Below are positions 18,795 to 28,573 of a stretch of 64,000 bases of DNA, piece after piece. The stretch lies in the IMG/VR virus record IMGVR_UViG_3300008111_000022; one strand, 5' to 3'. Each line of letters starts with the position of its first letter. Within the stretch, counting starts at the first letter, position 1. The notes under the pieces were generated by a model, which was given only the letters and a program-made list of their open reading frames with translations, did not search any database and was not told the DNA's origin. The translations under genes were made by a program, and so were the position numbers. This DNA comes from an uncultured virus (IMG/VR IMGVR_UViG_3300008111_000022) (Duplodnaviria > Heunggongvirae > Uroviricota > Caudoviricetes).

Positions 18795-19553
18795 TTATCC
18801 TCTCCCAGCTGCTCTATTGGCATAGAAAGTTGCGGAAGCATCATCTCCACGAAGTGTTGCTTCTTTACTCATTTGTAGGTTAAAAGCAGTTTCCTGCATT
18901 TTATTAAAGGTTGCGAGAGTGGAAACAGGAATATCTCGGTCTTTATAAGTATAATTTGTTTTGTTTCCATCAGCATCAATAATAGTAACAGTTTTTGTCC
19001 CATCTGGACTTTCTGTGATTATAGGTTCTTTTGGAATTCCACTTTCTGATACATTTTTGGATTGGGGATCTTTAGTTGCTCCAGCAATTTCTTCCTTTGT
19101 CGGTTGTGCTGGTCCTTTTGGTTTTGTATCATCACCAATGATCTGATGAGCTCCAGGAGTTAATCCAGAATTGAAACGATCTACCCTTTTGAATTCTGTC
19201 GTACCATTTTTAGATTCTCGTATGTCAAATTGAGTTAGGTTATTACCAAATACATGAACGACTGCTGGAATCTGTTCACTCTCATCCAAATAACATGCCA
19301 TGACCCATTCACCACCCCACAATCCACAAGAACCACCATTCAAGTTACCATGAGAAGTTGATTTTAAAACAATTGCCCAGGGTAAGTTTTCGTCTTTTAC
19401 TTCATTCATACTAGGATGCTTTCCAGGTATTCGAATTCTAACTCGATCTCCATGGGCATCTTGCCACTTTGCATTTTTCACATGCTGATTTTGACCAGGA
19501 GCAACTTGGGCAATAAAGAATTTATTGATATTGACCGTTGCTAAATTATTCAT
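18795..19553 (-). CDS. gp5 N-terminal OB-fold domain protein
   Basis: RVRIRIPGKH...LPWA...GEWVMACYLDESEQIP matches the gp5/Vgr OB-fold pattern. Confidence 0.7.
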   Translation of the reverse strand: MNNLATVNINKFFIAQVAPGQNQHVKNAKWQDAHGDRVRIRIPGKHPSMNEVKDENLPWAIVLKSTSHGNLNGGSCGLWGGEWVMACYLDESEQIPAVVHVFGNNLTQFDIRESKNGTTEFKRVDRFNSGLTPGAHQIIGDDTKPKGPAQPTKEEIAGATKDPQSKNVSESGIPKEPIITESPDGTKTVTIIDADGNKTNYTYKDRDIPVSTLATFNKMQETAFNLQMSKEATLRGDDASATFYANRAAGRG

Positions 19554-20839
19554 TACTTGCTTTTATTTGTATATAGACCGTAAGTGTCACGAACTAGTGT
19601 CATTGATGTAAAAGATCTTAAAGGATCAAAATGATGACACAAATTGACAATCAAATATTTTCCACTGTTGACCGGATCACCAACTCCCTGAGTTTTCTTT
19701 CCCTGTGACACAATCTCAAAGTCACATTGAATTGTATTACCTGCTCTCAGATTTGGATTGCATGGAACTTGAACTTGAATGATCTGAGTGAATAGCAGAT
19801 TATATCTCATTGTTGACTTTGCTTGCCATTCCTTTGGATCATTATTTGGATCGTCTTTTATTTTAGAACTCAGAACTCCAATGTCTTTAATATGAAAATG
19901 AGTTCTTGTATAAGAATCTAATTGTGGAACAGATAGATTTTTACCTAATGATTTTTCAAGACCATTATCCGTTAACTTATAAATTCCCTCTTCATAACTA
20001 AAAGATTGAGGATCCCAAAAAATATTACGACTTTGATACACTCCAGACTTAAGTGCCGTGATTAGATCTTCTCTTTTAATGTCTGACTTAAGTGCAATCT
20101 TAAAGTCATTTTCATCATTCTCCACACCAGATCTTAAAACATCTGTTCTATAATAAGTTTCAACTGGTGGTTGAGATACTAAGTCATCAATTGCTCTAAA
20201 ATTAAATCCATCTCTGGTTTCATAGAAAAAATATCCAGGGTTCCCTCTTCCTGGTACAGATTTTGATGCTAGACTGCAAATGACATCAAACACATGACGA
20301 GTATTTCCAATGAATGAATATGAATTTCGAGTTGGTGTTTTAGTTGCAAGTTTTGTTTTCAGATAATCAGCAACTAATTTTTCTACAGTATTTGTGATAT
20401 TACCCGAGTATGGTTTAAAAATTGCGGTCTCTTGATTTAGTACGGCAGATTTTGAAACCAAATTCATGACAATTGCTTCACGGTTTGATTCTTGATTTGG
20501 ATTGATCTGCTTATCAAATACCAAAGGATTATTAGTAAAATCAAGAGTTCCTAGTTTTGATCTGATTTTAAAGGATACATTTACATCACCATTCAGAGGA
20601 AGTGCAGAACTCAGTGTTCCAAATCTTGTTTGCTTATCAAAAGTTTTATCATAGGTAGTAGCACCACCAACATCCATTAAAGATAAAACTGCAGTAATAT
20701 TTGGTGATAACAAACTCTCGTAGTAATCAAAACTTGTTACTCTGGCACCATAAGGATCCTGACCAGTAATATCTACTCTCTTACCATTTTTTTGAATCTC
20801 AAAAAGTTCATATGCTGATGCCTGTGCTGCATTTGCCAT
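19553..20839 (-). CDS. baseplate hub protein (gp27-like, putative)
   Basis: YYESLLSP, GYFFYETRDGFNFRAID, NLRAG, SGKYLI..LCHHF...LVRD. Confidence 0.65.
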   Translation of the reverse strand: MANAAQASAYELFEIQKNGKRVDITGQDPYGARVTSFDYYESLLSPNITAVLSLMDVGGATTYDKTFDKQTRFGTLSSALPLNGDVNVSFKIRSKLGTLDFTNNPLVFDKQINPNQESNREAIVMNLVSKSAVLNQETAIFKPYSGNITNTVEKLVADYLKTKLATKTPTRNSYSFIGNTRHVFDVICSLASKSVPGRGNPGYFFYETRDGFNFRAIDDLVSQPPVETYYRTDVLRSGVENDENDFKIALKSDIKREDLITALKSGVYQSRNIFWDPQSFSYEEGIYKLTDNGLEKSLGKNLSVPQLDSYTRTHFHIKDIGVLSSKIKDDPNNDPKEWQAKSTMRYNLLFTQIIQVQVPCNPNLRAGNTIQCDFEIVSQGKKTQGVGDPVNSGKYLIVNLCHHFDPLRSFTSMTLVRDTYGLYTNKSK

Positions 20840-20844
20840 TTATC

Positions 20845-22644
20845 TTATAATCTCCATATTTCTGGTAACTTCTGTCTTTGTGGTGATGAACTGGATGCCT
20901 GTTGCATTGGGACTGGATATGGAAATGGTACAAAAGTTTCTACTGGTTGTACCGCATAAATGAACAGTGATTGATTTCCACGACTACTTGTATTATTTAA
21001 TAGTTTTCTGTTACCACCTCCACCAGGTCTTTCTAATGCCTTTAAAAGGTTTCCGGCAGCTCCAGATACTGGATCACCTGATCCTGCAGGAGATAATTGT
21101 ACTCCACTGGGTGGTTGTACAATCTGTGCTGGTTTGATTGCTGTTGCAGGTGGTTGTGAACCAGGAGATGGTTTTCCTTTTAAAATATCTTTAGAAACAT
21201 CAACCAAAACAGAGTTTGATGCTCTAAATCCAACACCATTAACATGAAGTGATATATGAGGATATGGTTGGTTTCCTGCACCAATCGTTCTTCCAGATGC
21301 ACCTTGATATCCTAATAAAGTTCCTTTAGGTATTACTTGTCCTTCTTTTGCTCCTTTAAATGGTAAACTTTTAAAGTGACCCATCAGAACTTCATATTCT
21401 TTATTACCTCTCTTGAAATAATAAGCACCATAGTATCCAAAACCTCTACCAGATCCTCCTAAAACATTTGGTGTTCCTTGAAGACCAACGGAAGGCATTC
21501 CATCTGTTCCTCTACTCTTATAAATTAAGTCAAATGGTGCATAAATTGGTGCCCCAATACCACCAGCAAGATTCATATCCAATCCAGTTTGATTTCCGTC
21601 TGTATCTCCAGTTGGCCCAATGGAAGCACCAGATGCATAAGTTTGTCCAGAATATTGTTGCTGTCTAATTGATTGTTGATCCGGAGTCGGTTGAGGACCA
21701 AATCCAGGACCAGTTTTTCTTGTGTCAGATAACCCTGAAAGAGAACTCCATTCCCTAAAATTCTTTGACAGTTCTGCAAATGCCATTACATTTTTTTCAT
21801 CTCTTTGAGCCGTTTGATTAATATTTTCAACTGCTAAAGAAAAATCTTCAAATCCATTACCCATACCTCGTTCTGCTCTTTTGAGTTGACCACTTTTTCT
21901 TGGTTGATATGGTGCTCTAGTTTGTGGTTCTGGTTGTACCGTTCCACCTTTAGAAAACTTTTGTGGTGGTTTTGCTGCAGGTGTTGGAGTTTGGGATGAT
22001 TGAGATGTTGAAGACTGAGGAGTAGTTGCTGGATACATTGAACCAGGTGCCATGAGTGTCATTGGCACATTTGGTGTTGAACTTGGTTTATTATTTTTTT
22101 CTCTTTTACTGAGTTCCTTTTCTAGTTGCGATATATCTTTATCTGATTGATCTGCCATTTTCAGACCATCATCAGCCTCTTTTTCAATTGCCTTTAAATC
22201 TTGATCTATCTCTTTTTGCTTTTGTGGTGTTAAGAGATTAATAAGTTCTCCGAGTTTTTGAAATCCTGTTCCAATTGTTGTCAATACATTTCCTACTGAT
22301 TTTATAAAGTCACTATTGAAAAATTCTTCAATTTTTGCGATAATGGCAGGGAGTTTTTGAACTAAAATGCCAAGTGCAATTAATCCAAAGAAATCTAAAA
22401 TTTGATCAAATATATTTCTAGCAGGAGCAGTTACAACACTTGCAAGTCTTGAGAATCTCGCACCAATTCCTAAATTTTTACTTTCTACTCTGGTTTCTTC
22501 TGCTCTTAATTCTCTTTGCTTCTCTAATTTAAAGAATAGTTCTTTTTTCTGAACTCTAAGTTTTCTTAGTTCTTTATTTGAACTAATCAAATAACTTTTA
22601 ATGTTTGTGACATTCAGTTTAAGATTCTTGACTTGATTATCCAT
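20845..22644 (-). CDS. tail/baseplate protein with M23 peptidase-like domain
   Basis: GLDM...PIYAP...GFGYY...GH...KGTLLGYQGASGR...PH. Confidence 0.6.
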   Translation of the reverse strand: MDNQVKNLKLNVTNIKSYLISSNKELRKLRVQKKELFFKLEKQRELRAEETRVESKNLGIGARFSRLASVVTAPARNIFDQILDFFGLIALGILVQKLPAIIAKIEEFFNSDFIKSVGNVLTTIGTGFQKLGELINLLTPQKQKEIDQDLKAIEKEADDGLKMADQSDKDISQLEKELSKREKNNKPSSTPNVPMTLMAPGSMYPATTPQSSTSQSSQTPTPAAKPPQKFSKGGTVQPEPQTRAPYQPRKSGQLKRAERGMGNGFEDFSLAVENINQTAQRDEKNVMAFAELSKNFREWSSLSGLSDTRKTGPGFGPQPTPDQQSIRQQQYSGQTYASGASIGPTGDTDGNQTGLDMNLAGGIGAPIYAPFDLIYKSRGTDGMPSVGLQGTPNVLGGSGRGFGYYGAYYFKRGNKEYEVLMGHFKSLPFKGAKEGQVIPKGTLLGYQGASGRTIGAGNQPYPHISLHVNGVGFRASNSVLVDVSKDILKGKPSPGSQPPATAIKPAQIVQPPSGVQLSPAGSGDPVSGAAGNLLKALERPGGGGNRKLLNNTSSRGNQSLFIYAVQPVETFVPFPYPVPMQQASSSSPQRQKLPEIWRL

Positions 22645-22647
22645 ATC

Positions 22648-24528
22648 TTATCCGATTAACTGAATTCCATATAATCCAGGTGTGACTTCCATATAAGGAT
22701 TGGCAAAGTTCACTGGAGATATCACAGGAACATCTGTTGCTTTACCTTGCATTTGTGGTATTTGTGGTGGTTTTGATGATTGTTTTGGTAATACCATTGG
22801 TAGGAAAGTCATTCCACCACCAGAACCAGCAGAAACATTCATACTGATGTTTGTAATTCTTGGTGCCGCAGATACCGATGGAGATGGAGCACTAGTTTTT
22901 GGAGAGATTGATGGTGATCTCATCCCACCTCCACCAGGTTTAGTTGGTTTAGTTTTTTTCTTTAAGATCTCTTCCTTTAAATATTTGTCAAAATCTTTAA
23001 TAACTTTTGAAAATTCTTCAGATACATCTCGTTGATAATCAGAAACCGTGAACAATTTACGAATTGCTTGTGTAAAAAGTACCCATAGTCTTCCAGCATT
23101 ATCATTGATGTCTTTTAAGAGAGGTCTGAACAACATTGAAGAAGTTGTTCGAATAACTTCCTCTCCTGGAGCAAGCATTGCTTTGACACTATCAACAAAT
23201 CCGGATCCTTTACCAGGAACTGTTCCCCCACTTGCAAATCTTGGTGTTTCTCCAAGATCTTTCAGAAGTGATAAAAGAAAGTCCATTTTTACTTCACTCT
23301 GTGTAGCAGAACCTAGATTTATTATTTTTTCAAGAGAATGTTGCGGTGAAGATTGATAATTTTTTTCTTTCTCTAAATCAGATTGTATCCTTTCAATAGT
23401 TTTACTTCTTTTATTTGGATCATAACTGTTAATCCTATTAATGGTATCTTTTCTAGTTTTTTCCATCAATGGATCAGTCACTTTTTTAATTGCAAACTTT
23501 CCTAACATCTCAAGTCCAATACCTATTCCAAGAGTAGCTCCACCTCTTAATAAAGAACCTGGTGAAATTTTAGGCAGACTAGGTAATTTAAATCCTCCAG
23601 TTCCCTTTAAAGTTCCTTCTGGTGTAAAACCACCTTTAGTTAACATTCCAGTTGGATCTATCAATCCCTTGCGAAGTAGTCTAAATCTATCTCCAATATT
23701 TGATTTTCCTTCGATAAATCTGGCGAAAGATTGATTTGTACGACTTACTGACGGTCCAGATATTGGTTTTGGTACACTTGGTTTTGGTCCCTCAGGAGGT
23801 TTTTTTTGAAATATATTAAATAATCTTCCAGGCAACTTCCATAAAAATCTTCCAAGCAGAAAAAGTCTTCGAACCCACTTAAAGACTTTAAATCCTATAA
23901 TTGTAATAACTGCTGGTACAAATGCCTTACCAATCCAGTAGAAAATTTGATCTAATAACTTTCTATTATTTTCGTCTTGTAACCACTTAAACGCAACATT
24001 TAAAACAATACCACTAAGAATAAGAGAGAAAAATTCTTTGATCTTATCAAAAACACTTTTAATTGGAGCAGTAACTCTTTCTGCAATCGACTGTCCAACA
24101 CCAGCAATTTTTTTACCAACACCTTCTACGGATTTTTCTTTTTCTGCGACTTTTCTTTTTGACTCTGCTGATTTTATTTTTTTAACTGCTTCTTTCTCTT
24201 CTACAATTCGCATTGCAAAGTCAAGAGACAGTTGCTTCTGAATCTCAACAAGAATTCTATTTGTTTCTGCTAGTGCTTTGTAAGTATTTTCTTCTGTATC
24301 TTGCTTTTTAGATAAGACTTTTTCAGCATCTAATGGCTTTGGTTTCAGTGCCTCAAGTTTTTCTGATAAATTGATTGGTGATCTAAAACTAAATCTCGTA
24401 GTTCTTAGTTTTGGTGTGACTGGACTTGTGGATGAGATCGCAGAAGATGCACGAAGTACCGAAGAAGAGATATTTCTCTTGCTCAACTTCGGTACTGCTG
24501 GTGCTCTATAGATCTGATTAATGTCCAC
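22648..24528 (-). CDS. baseplate hub / tape-measure-like protein
   Basis: 626 aa, helical and Lys-rich; FASGGTVPG...DSVKAMLAPGEEV motif; follows gp51. Confidence 0.55.
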   Translation of the reverse strand: MDINQIYRAPAVPKLSKRNISSSVLRASSAISSTSPVTPKLRTTRFSFRSPINLSEKLEALKPKPLDAEKVLSKKQDTEENTYKALAETNRILVEIQKQLSLDFAMRIVEEKEAVKKIKSAESKRKVAEKEKSVEGVGKKIAGVGQSIAERVTAPIKSVFDKIKEFFSLILSGIVLNVAFKWLQDENNRKLLDQIFYWIGKAFVPAVITIIGFKVFKWVRRLFLLGRFLWKLPGRLFNIFQKKPPEGPKPSVPKPISGPSVSRTNQSFARFIEGKSNIGDRFRLLRKGLIDPTGMLTKGGFTPEGTLKGTGGFKLPSLPKISPGSLLRGGATLGIGIGLEMLGKFAIKKVTDPLMEKTRKDTINRINSYDPNKRSKTIERIQSDLEKEKNYQSSPQHSLEKIINLGSATQSEVKMDFLLSLLKDLGETPRFASGGTVPGKGSGFVDSVKAMLAPGEEVIRTTSSMLFRPLLKDINDNAGRLWVLFTQAIRKLFTVSDYQRDVSEEFSKVIKDFDKYLKEEILKKKTKPTKPGGGGMRSPSISPKTSAPSPSVSAAPRITNISMNVSAGSGGGMTFLPMVLPKQSSKPPQIPQMQGKATDVPVISPVNFANPYMEVTPGLYGIQLIG

Positions 24529-24697
24529 TCTGCTGCTGTGCTTTTAGGTTTTCTTCTTCAATATACTGTTCAAGTAAAGTAAGGTATACTTCTCTCTCCC
24601 AGGGAATCATATTTTCGAGCTCTGTTAATGAATATTTATGGTGCTGCATGAGGGCAAAATTAACCTTGTAGTATGACTCAAGATTAGTATGAGCCAT
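24518..24697 (-). CDS. gp51: baseplate hub assembly catalyst gp51
   Basis: Manual translation MAHTNLESYYKVNFALMQHHKYSLTELENMIPWEREVYLTLLEQYIEEEN. Confidence 0.88.
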   Translation of the reverse strand: MAHTNLESYYKVNFALMQHHKYSLTELENMIPWEREVYLTLLEQYIEEENLKAQQQSGH

Positions 24698-24699
24698 AC

Positions 24700-25422
24700 C
24701 TAGCTGAAAAAACTTGCCAAACCCTCCAGAACTACTTCACTTTCAACACCAGTGTTTGGATTTTTTACCGTGACTGTATGAGACAGTTTGGGCATCGTGA
24801 CAAAAAATGTTTCGATCTCTTTGAATTGCTTTGTATTAAGTTGCTCTAGAAATTCATCAAGTTCTTTTTTGGTGCAATCTGCTGCACTCCAACTTTCTTC
24901 CGAATCGTAGATGATGTCAATACAAGACGTGATCATACTCAGAGACTTATTAACATCACTTGAATCATCACTAGTTTCAAAGTTATTTTCAACAAACTGT
25001 TCCAGTGATGGATACTTCAGTTTCATTGAAAGATTGTCATCAAGTTTGATAATGTTCGTGTGATCCTTATTTTTCTGAACCTTAATCGAATCAATATCAA
25101 TCTCCATCTGAACTGTTGTTTCACCATCATCTGGGCAAGTTATATTCACTTCCACAGTTTCACCAACAGACTTGGCACGAACATTCAGGAACAAGTATTC
25201 GATATCAAATGTAGAAAGATCTGATACCTTGACAGATTTTGTTAAAATACAATCTGATAAAATCTGAACAATAGCATCCGTAATTTGCTTCATGTTCTCA
25301 GATTCGAGTGCCATGATGAGGATTTTTTCTTCTCTGACTAGAAAGGGTCTGTATCTAATTTTCTTTCCAGTCGAAGGCAATTCCAACTCATAGGTTGGAG
25401 TATTAATTTTTGGTAAAGGCAT
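24700..25422 (-). CDS. gp26: baseplate hub subunit gp26
   Basis: MPLPKINTPTYELELPSTGKKIRYRPFLVREEKIL...FDIEYLFLNVRAKSVGE. Confidence 0.92.
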   Translation of the reverse strand: MPLPKINTPTYELELPSTGKKIRYRPFLVREEKILIMALESENMKQITDAIVQILSDCILTKSVKVSDLSTFDIEYLFLNVRAKSVGETVEVNITCPDDGETTVQMEIDIDSIKVQKNKDHTNIIKLDDNLSMKLKYPSLEQFVENNFETSDDSSDVNKSLSMITSCIDIIYDSEESWSAADCTKKELDEFLEQLNTKQFKEIETFFVTMPKLSHTVTVKNPNTGVESEVVLEGLASFFS

Positions 25423-25456
25423 AATAACCTATGATAACTTCAGTTGTGATTATTTA

Positions 25457-26326
25457 TTATCGTTCTCTGGGTCCTCTAGGAGTGGTGCTTTGAGATCCTT
25501 GATTAATTCTATTTGTAGTGTCTCTGAAAGCTTGATCTCTAAATTGTTGTAATTGCTCTTGTGTATATCTCCAAGATGTATTTTTTGTAGGAGGTTGTCC
25601 AGGTTGTGTTTGTTTTGGTGTTGGTACTTGTGGAGCAGAAGAAGATCTCGTACCTAAATCAACTCTTCTTACAACATACCTATCAAAATTAAATGTAACT
25701 GTAACCTTTAATATGTCGGCAGGACCGTATGCTACTGGAAGAGGAGTAACTGCTTTTGGGAAAGCATTAACAAACTTATATTCTAAAACTTTATTAAAAT
25801 CTCTCTCAAATTTGTAAATTACCATTTCTTGAACTTTATAATCATCTGGGAAATTGAATCTTCTGTAAATATGAGGGCTCAATCCGCTTGGTATGTTTGG
25901 TGAAGAACTTGTGTATGATGCTGCTGCTGGTTCTACGTTGATTTGATTTCCACCGGCAATATAATCCATCCAACCTTCAAAAAATCTTAGAGTACTATAT
26001 TCATCATCAACGTAAAAAGTTAGATCAATATCAGTATAAAGACGAGTATGAGCAAACTCCTGAGTAACTCCCATATAATTATCTTTGACTTCGGCAGTTG
26101 CATAAGAAGATGTTGGCAACGTTGCCTCAGAACAAAGATATCCCAATCGACTCATAAATCTGTTAATTTCTTTTAGTTGTGGGTCATCATTATAGCTAGT
26201 AGAAAAATGTTTTTGTAATGCAGTACTCAAAGGTATATTTACAAGATAGTAATTATTTTGAGCCAGAGTCCCTATTACACCCTTAACCTGACTCATTTTA
26301 AGTTTTTGAACAAGAGAATCGCCCAC
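25457..26326 (-). CDS. tail tube-like / baseplate tail tube initiator (gp54/gp19 fold)
   Basis: LCSEATLP, LTFYVD, FFEGWMDYI, YKFVNAFP, KVTVTF. Confidence 0.7.
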   Translation of the reverse strand: MGDSLVQKLKMSQVKGVIGTLAQNNYYLVNIPLSTALQKHFSTSYNDDPQLKEINRFMSRLGYLCSEATLPTSSYATAEVKDNYMGVTQEFAHTRLYTDIDLTFYVDDEYSTLRFFEGWMDYIAGGNQINVEPAAASYTSSSPNIPSGLSPHIYRRFNFPDDYKVQEMVIYKFERDFNKVLEYKFVNAFPKAVTPLPVAYGPADILKVTVTFNFDRYVVRRVDLGTRSSSAPQVPTPKQTQPGQPPTKNTSWRYTQEQLQQFRDQAFRDTTNRINQGSQSTTPRGPRER

Positions 26327-26367
26327 TCTAAATACCTTATACGAGTCTTACATTATTAAGTATTTAG
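26327..26367. promoter_or_regulatory. face-to-face late promoters (CTAAATAC on both strands)
   Basis: CTAAATAC at 26327 (+) and GTATTTAG at 26360 (-), between divergent genes. Confidence 0.6.
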
Positions 26368-26814
26368 ATGTCATACAAAGGATATTACAACACTGATACT
26401 ATTTCCAAAATTTTAAATATTCCATCTATTGGTAATATTTGGATTGACACTTCCCATGACGATGAGTGGAATTGTTATGACGATTCAACCCGCAAATTAT
26501 ACAGTAAAGTAACTGCATTTTACTGGAACAATCTTTCAGAAGAAGATAGAAAACTTAGGCTTAAAAACCATGGTATGACAGGAAAAAAACACTCAACAAA
26601 AACCCGTGAAAAAATGAGTAAATCTGCTATTGGAACTACAAAACCATCTTTACACAAGGGTGGAACTGTAGTATCTCCAACAGGTGAAATTGTTCACTTC
26701 AAGTCTCTTAGACACTTTTGTAAAGAACAAGGATTATCTGTAAGTCATGTATCAGAATTAATGAGTGGCAAAAGAAAATCTGTAAAAGGATGGAAAAATG
26801 GCACATCATTATAA
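26368..26814 (+). CDS. NUMOD3/NUMOD1-type DNA-binding protein (homing endonuclease-related)
   Basis: GMTGKKHSTKTREKMSKS and FKSLRHFCKEQGLSVSHVSELMSGKRKSVKGW; no visible catalytic domain. Confidence 0.7.
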   Translation: MSYKGYYNTDTISKILNIPSIGNIWIDTSHDDEWNCYDDSTRKLYSKVTAFYWNNLSEEDRKLRLKNHGMTGKKHSTKTREKMSKSAIGTTKPSLHKGGTVVSPTGEIVHFKSLRHFCKEQGLSVSHVSELMSGKRKSVKGWKNGTSL

Positions 26815-27244
26815 TAAAAGTAAATATAAACCATCATCACCAGAGAAATATAAGGGAGATCCCAATAATATCATATGTCGATCTTCTTGGGAGAGAAAAT
26901 TTTGTAGATATTGTGATACCAACCAAAACATTTTGGAATGGGGAAGTGAAGAGATGTGTTTGCCATACAGATCTCCTGTGGATAATCATTATCACAAATA
27001 TTTCCCTGATTTTTATATCAAAGTTAGAGAACCGAATGGTAAGATTAAGAAATACATTATTGAGATCAAACCACTGAAACAAACCATTGAACCAAAAGTT
27101 CAAAAAAGAAAAACAAAAGGTTATATCTATGAAGTTGTTGAATATGCCAAAAATCAGGCAAAGTGGGAAGCAGCACGAGAATGGTGTGCAGATCATGGTT
27201 ATGAGTTTAAGGTCTTAACAGAAAACGAACTCGGTATTCAGTAA
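26798..27244 (+). CDS. gp4: head completion protein gp4
   Basis: KYKGDPNNIICRSSWERKF...WGSEE...YFPDF...IEIKP...NQAKW.AA. Confidence 0.92.
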   Translation: MAHHYNKSKYKPSSPEKYKGDPNNIICRSSWERKFCRYCDTNQNILEWGSEEMCLPYRSPVDNHYHKYFPDFYIKVREPNGKIKKYIIEIKPLKQTIEPKVQKRKTKGYIYEVVEYAKNQAKWEAAREWCADHGYEFKVLTENELGIQ

Positions 27245-27654
27245 TGCCTAGAAAAACTCTGAGAGAAAGAAGAGAACAAAACCCCACTGATGATGACAGT
27301 AATCGTCTGCGAGAGATTGTAGACGAAATCAATGGTCTTGAAAAACCTGCAGACATGATGCAGAAGATAAAACAAACTCTTCCTGCAGTTAGTAAAACCA
27401 GTGCTCGGGTCGGGGAGATTTATACCTTTGTTTACAATGCCAAAACTCCTGGAATGAGTTATGATCCTTATCCTTTAGTTGCCGTAACTGGAGTATTTTA
27501 CTGGGGATTTATGGGAATCAACTTTCATTGGGGAGAATCTCGACAGTATACTTGGAGTGAAATTATTGGTGATCTTCATCCAGTTCAAGAAGAAGAACTT
27601 TCAGACATGAAACGGATATCATATGCAGATCTTTTAGAAAATCCTTCTAAATAA
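27244..27654 (+). CDS. gp2 (DNA end protector)-like protein
   Basis: YTFVYNAKT...YDPYPLV...GFMGINFHW. Confidence 0.55.
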   Translation: MPRKTLRERREQNPTDDDSNRLREIVDEINGLEKPADMMQKIKQTLPAVSKTSARVGEIYTFVYNAKTPGMSYDPYPLVAVTGVFYWGFMGINFHWGESRQYTWSEIIGDLHPVQEEELSDMKRISYADLLENPSK

Positions 27655-27669
27655 TTAAAAAATAGCCAA

Positions 27670-28572
27670 ATGGCAAGTATACTAAGATATCCATACGAAG
27701 CACTATTAGATACTACTGACTATTTGCGAGTTGATCTACTTTCATATGATGCAGTTAGATCAACTGGTCCTGGAAATTTAATAAGAAATAGTGTTGCATT
27801 TGATACAACAGTAACTCAACCAAAAAAAGCAAAAACATTAAGTAGTAGCATAATATTACCAATGCCATCTAATATTCAAGATGGTAATAGTGTCTCTTAT
27901 GCTGATTCTAGTTTAGATGGTTTAACTGCACAAGTTTACAATGTTGTAAATGATAGCATAACTGGTGGTGGACGTAATGGAACACTTGGATCAGTGACAG
28001 ATGCATTGGCAAATACTTTAAAGGGTTTAGCAGATGTAACTGTGTTAAATCCAGACGCTCAAAAAATATTTACAAAATCAATTGCAGCACAAGCAGCTAA
28101 TATTCCATTTGGAGGCAACTTAACACTAAGTCAAATTCTAGCAAGAGAATCTGGTCAAATTCTAAATCCTAATATGGAACTTCTTTTTAATGGAGTGACT
28201 CTGAGATCTTTTAAATTTTCTTTTAAAATGACTCCTAGAAATCCAGATGAAGCAAAGCAAATTAGAGCAATAATAAAAACATTTAAATTAAATATGGCAC
28301 CAAAGGCTCAAAGTGATGTATTTTTGAAAACACCAAATCTTTTCCAATTAAGTTATAGAAAGGGTCCAGAGATTCATCCATATTTAAACTTATTCAAACA
28401 ATGTTTTTTAACTGATATGTTGGTGAATTACACTGGTGAAGGTGTTTATTCCACCTATAGTGATGGATCTCCAATTTCATATACAATGGATCTTGGATTT
28501 AAAGAACTCGAACCAATTTATGAAGGAGATTATGCAAGTAACATTACTCCAGCAAACAGTGTAGGATTCTAA
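27670..28572 (+). CDS. gp48: baseplate tail tube cap gp48
   Basis: LRYP, ILPMP, NPNMELLFNGVTLRSFKFSFKMTPR, FKELEP. Confidence 0.88.
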   Translation: MASILRYPYEALLDTTDYLRVDLLSYDAVRSTGPGNLIRNSVAFDTTVTQPKKAKTLSSSIILPMPSNIQDGNSVSYADSSLDGLTAQVYNVVNDSITGGGRNGTLGSVTDALANTLKGLADVTVLNPDAQKIFTKSIAAQAANIPFGGNLTLSQILARESGQILNPNMELLFNGVTLRSFKFSFKMTPRNPDEAKQIRAIIKTFKLNMAPKAQSDVFLKTPNLFQLSYRKGPEIHPYLNLFKQCFLTDMLVNYTGEGVYSTYSDGSPISYTMDLGFKELEPIYEGDYASNITPANSVGF

Positions 28573-28573
28573 A

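Noticed and set aside
26368..26814. Group I intron in gp4
   Set aside because: The ORF abuts the promoter and overlaps the gp4 start, leaving no non-coding room for an intron core
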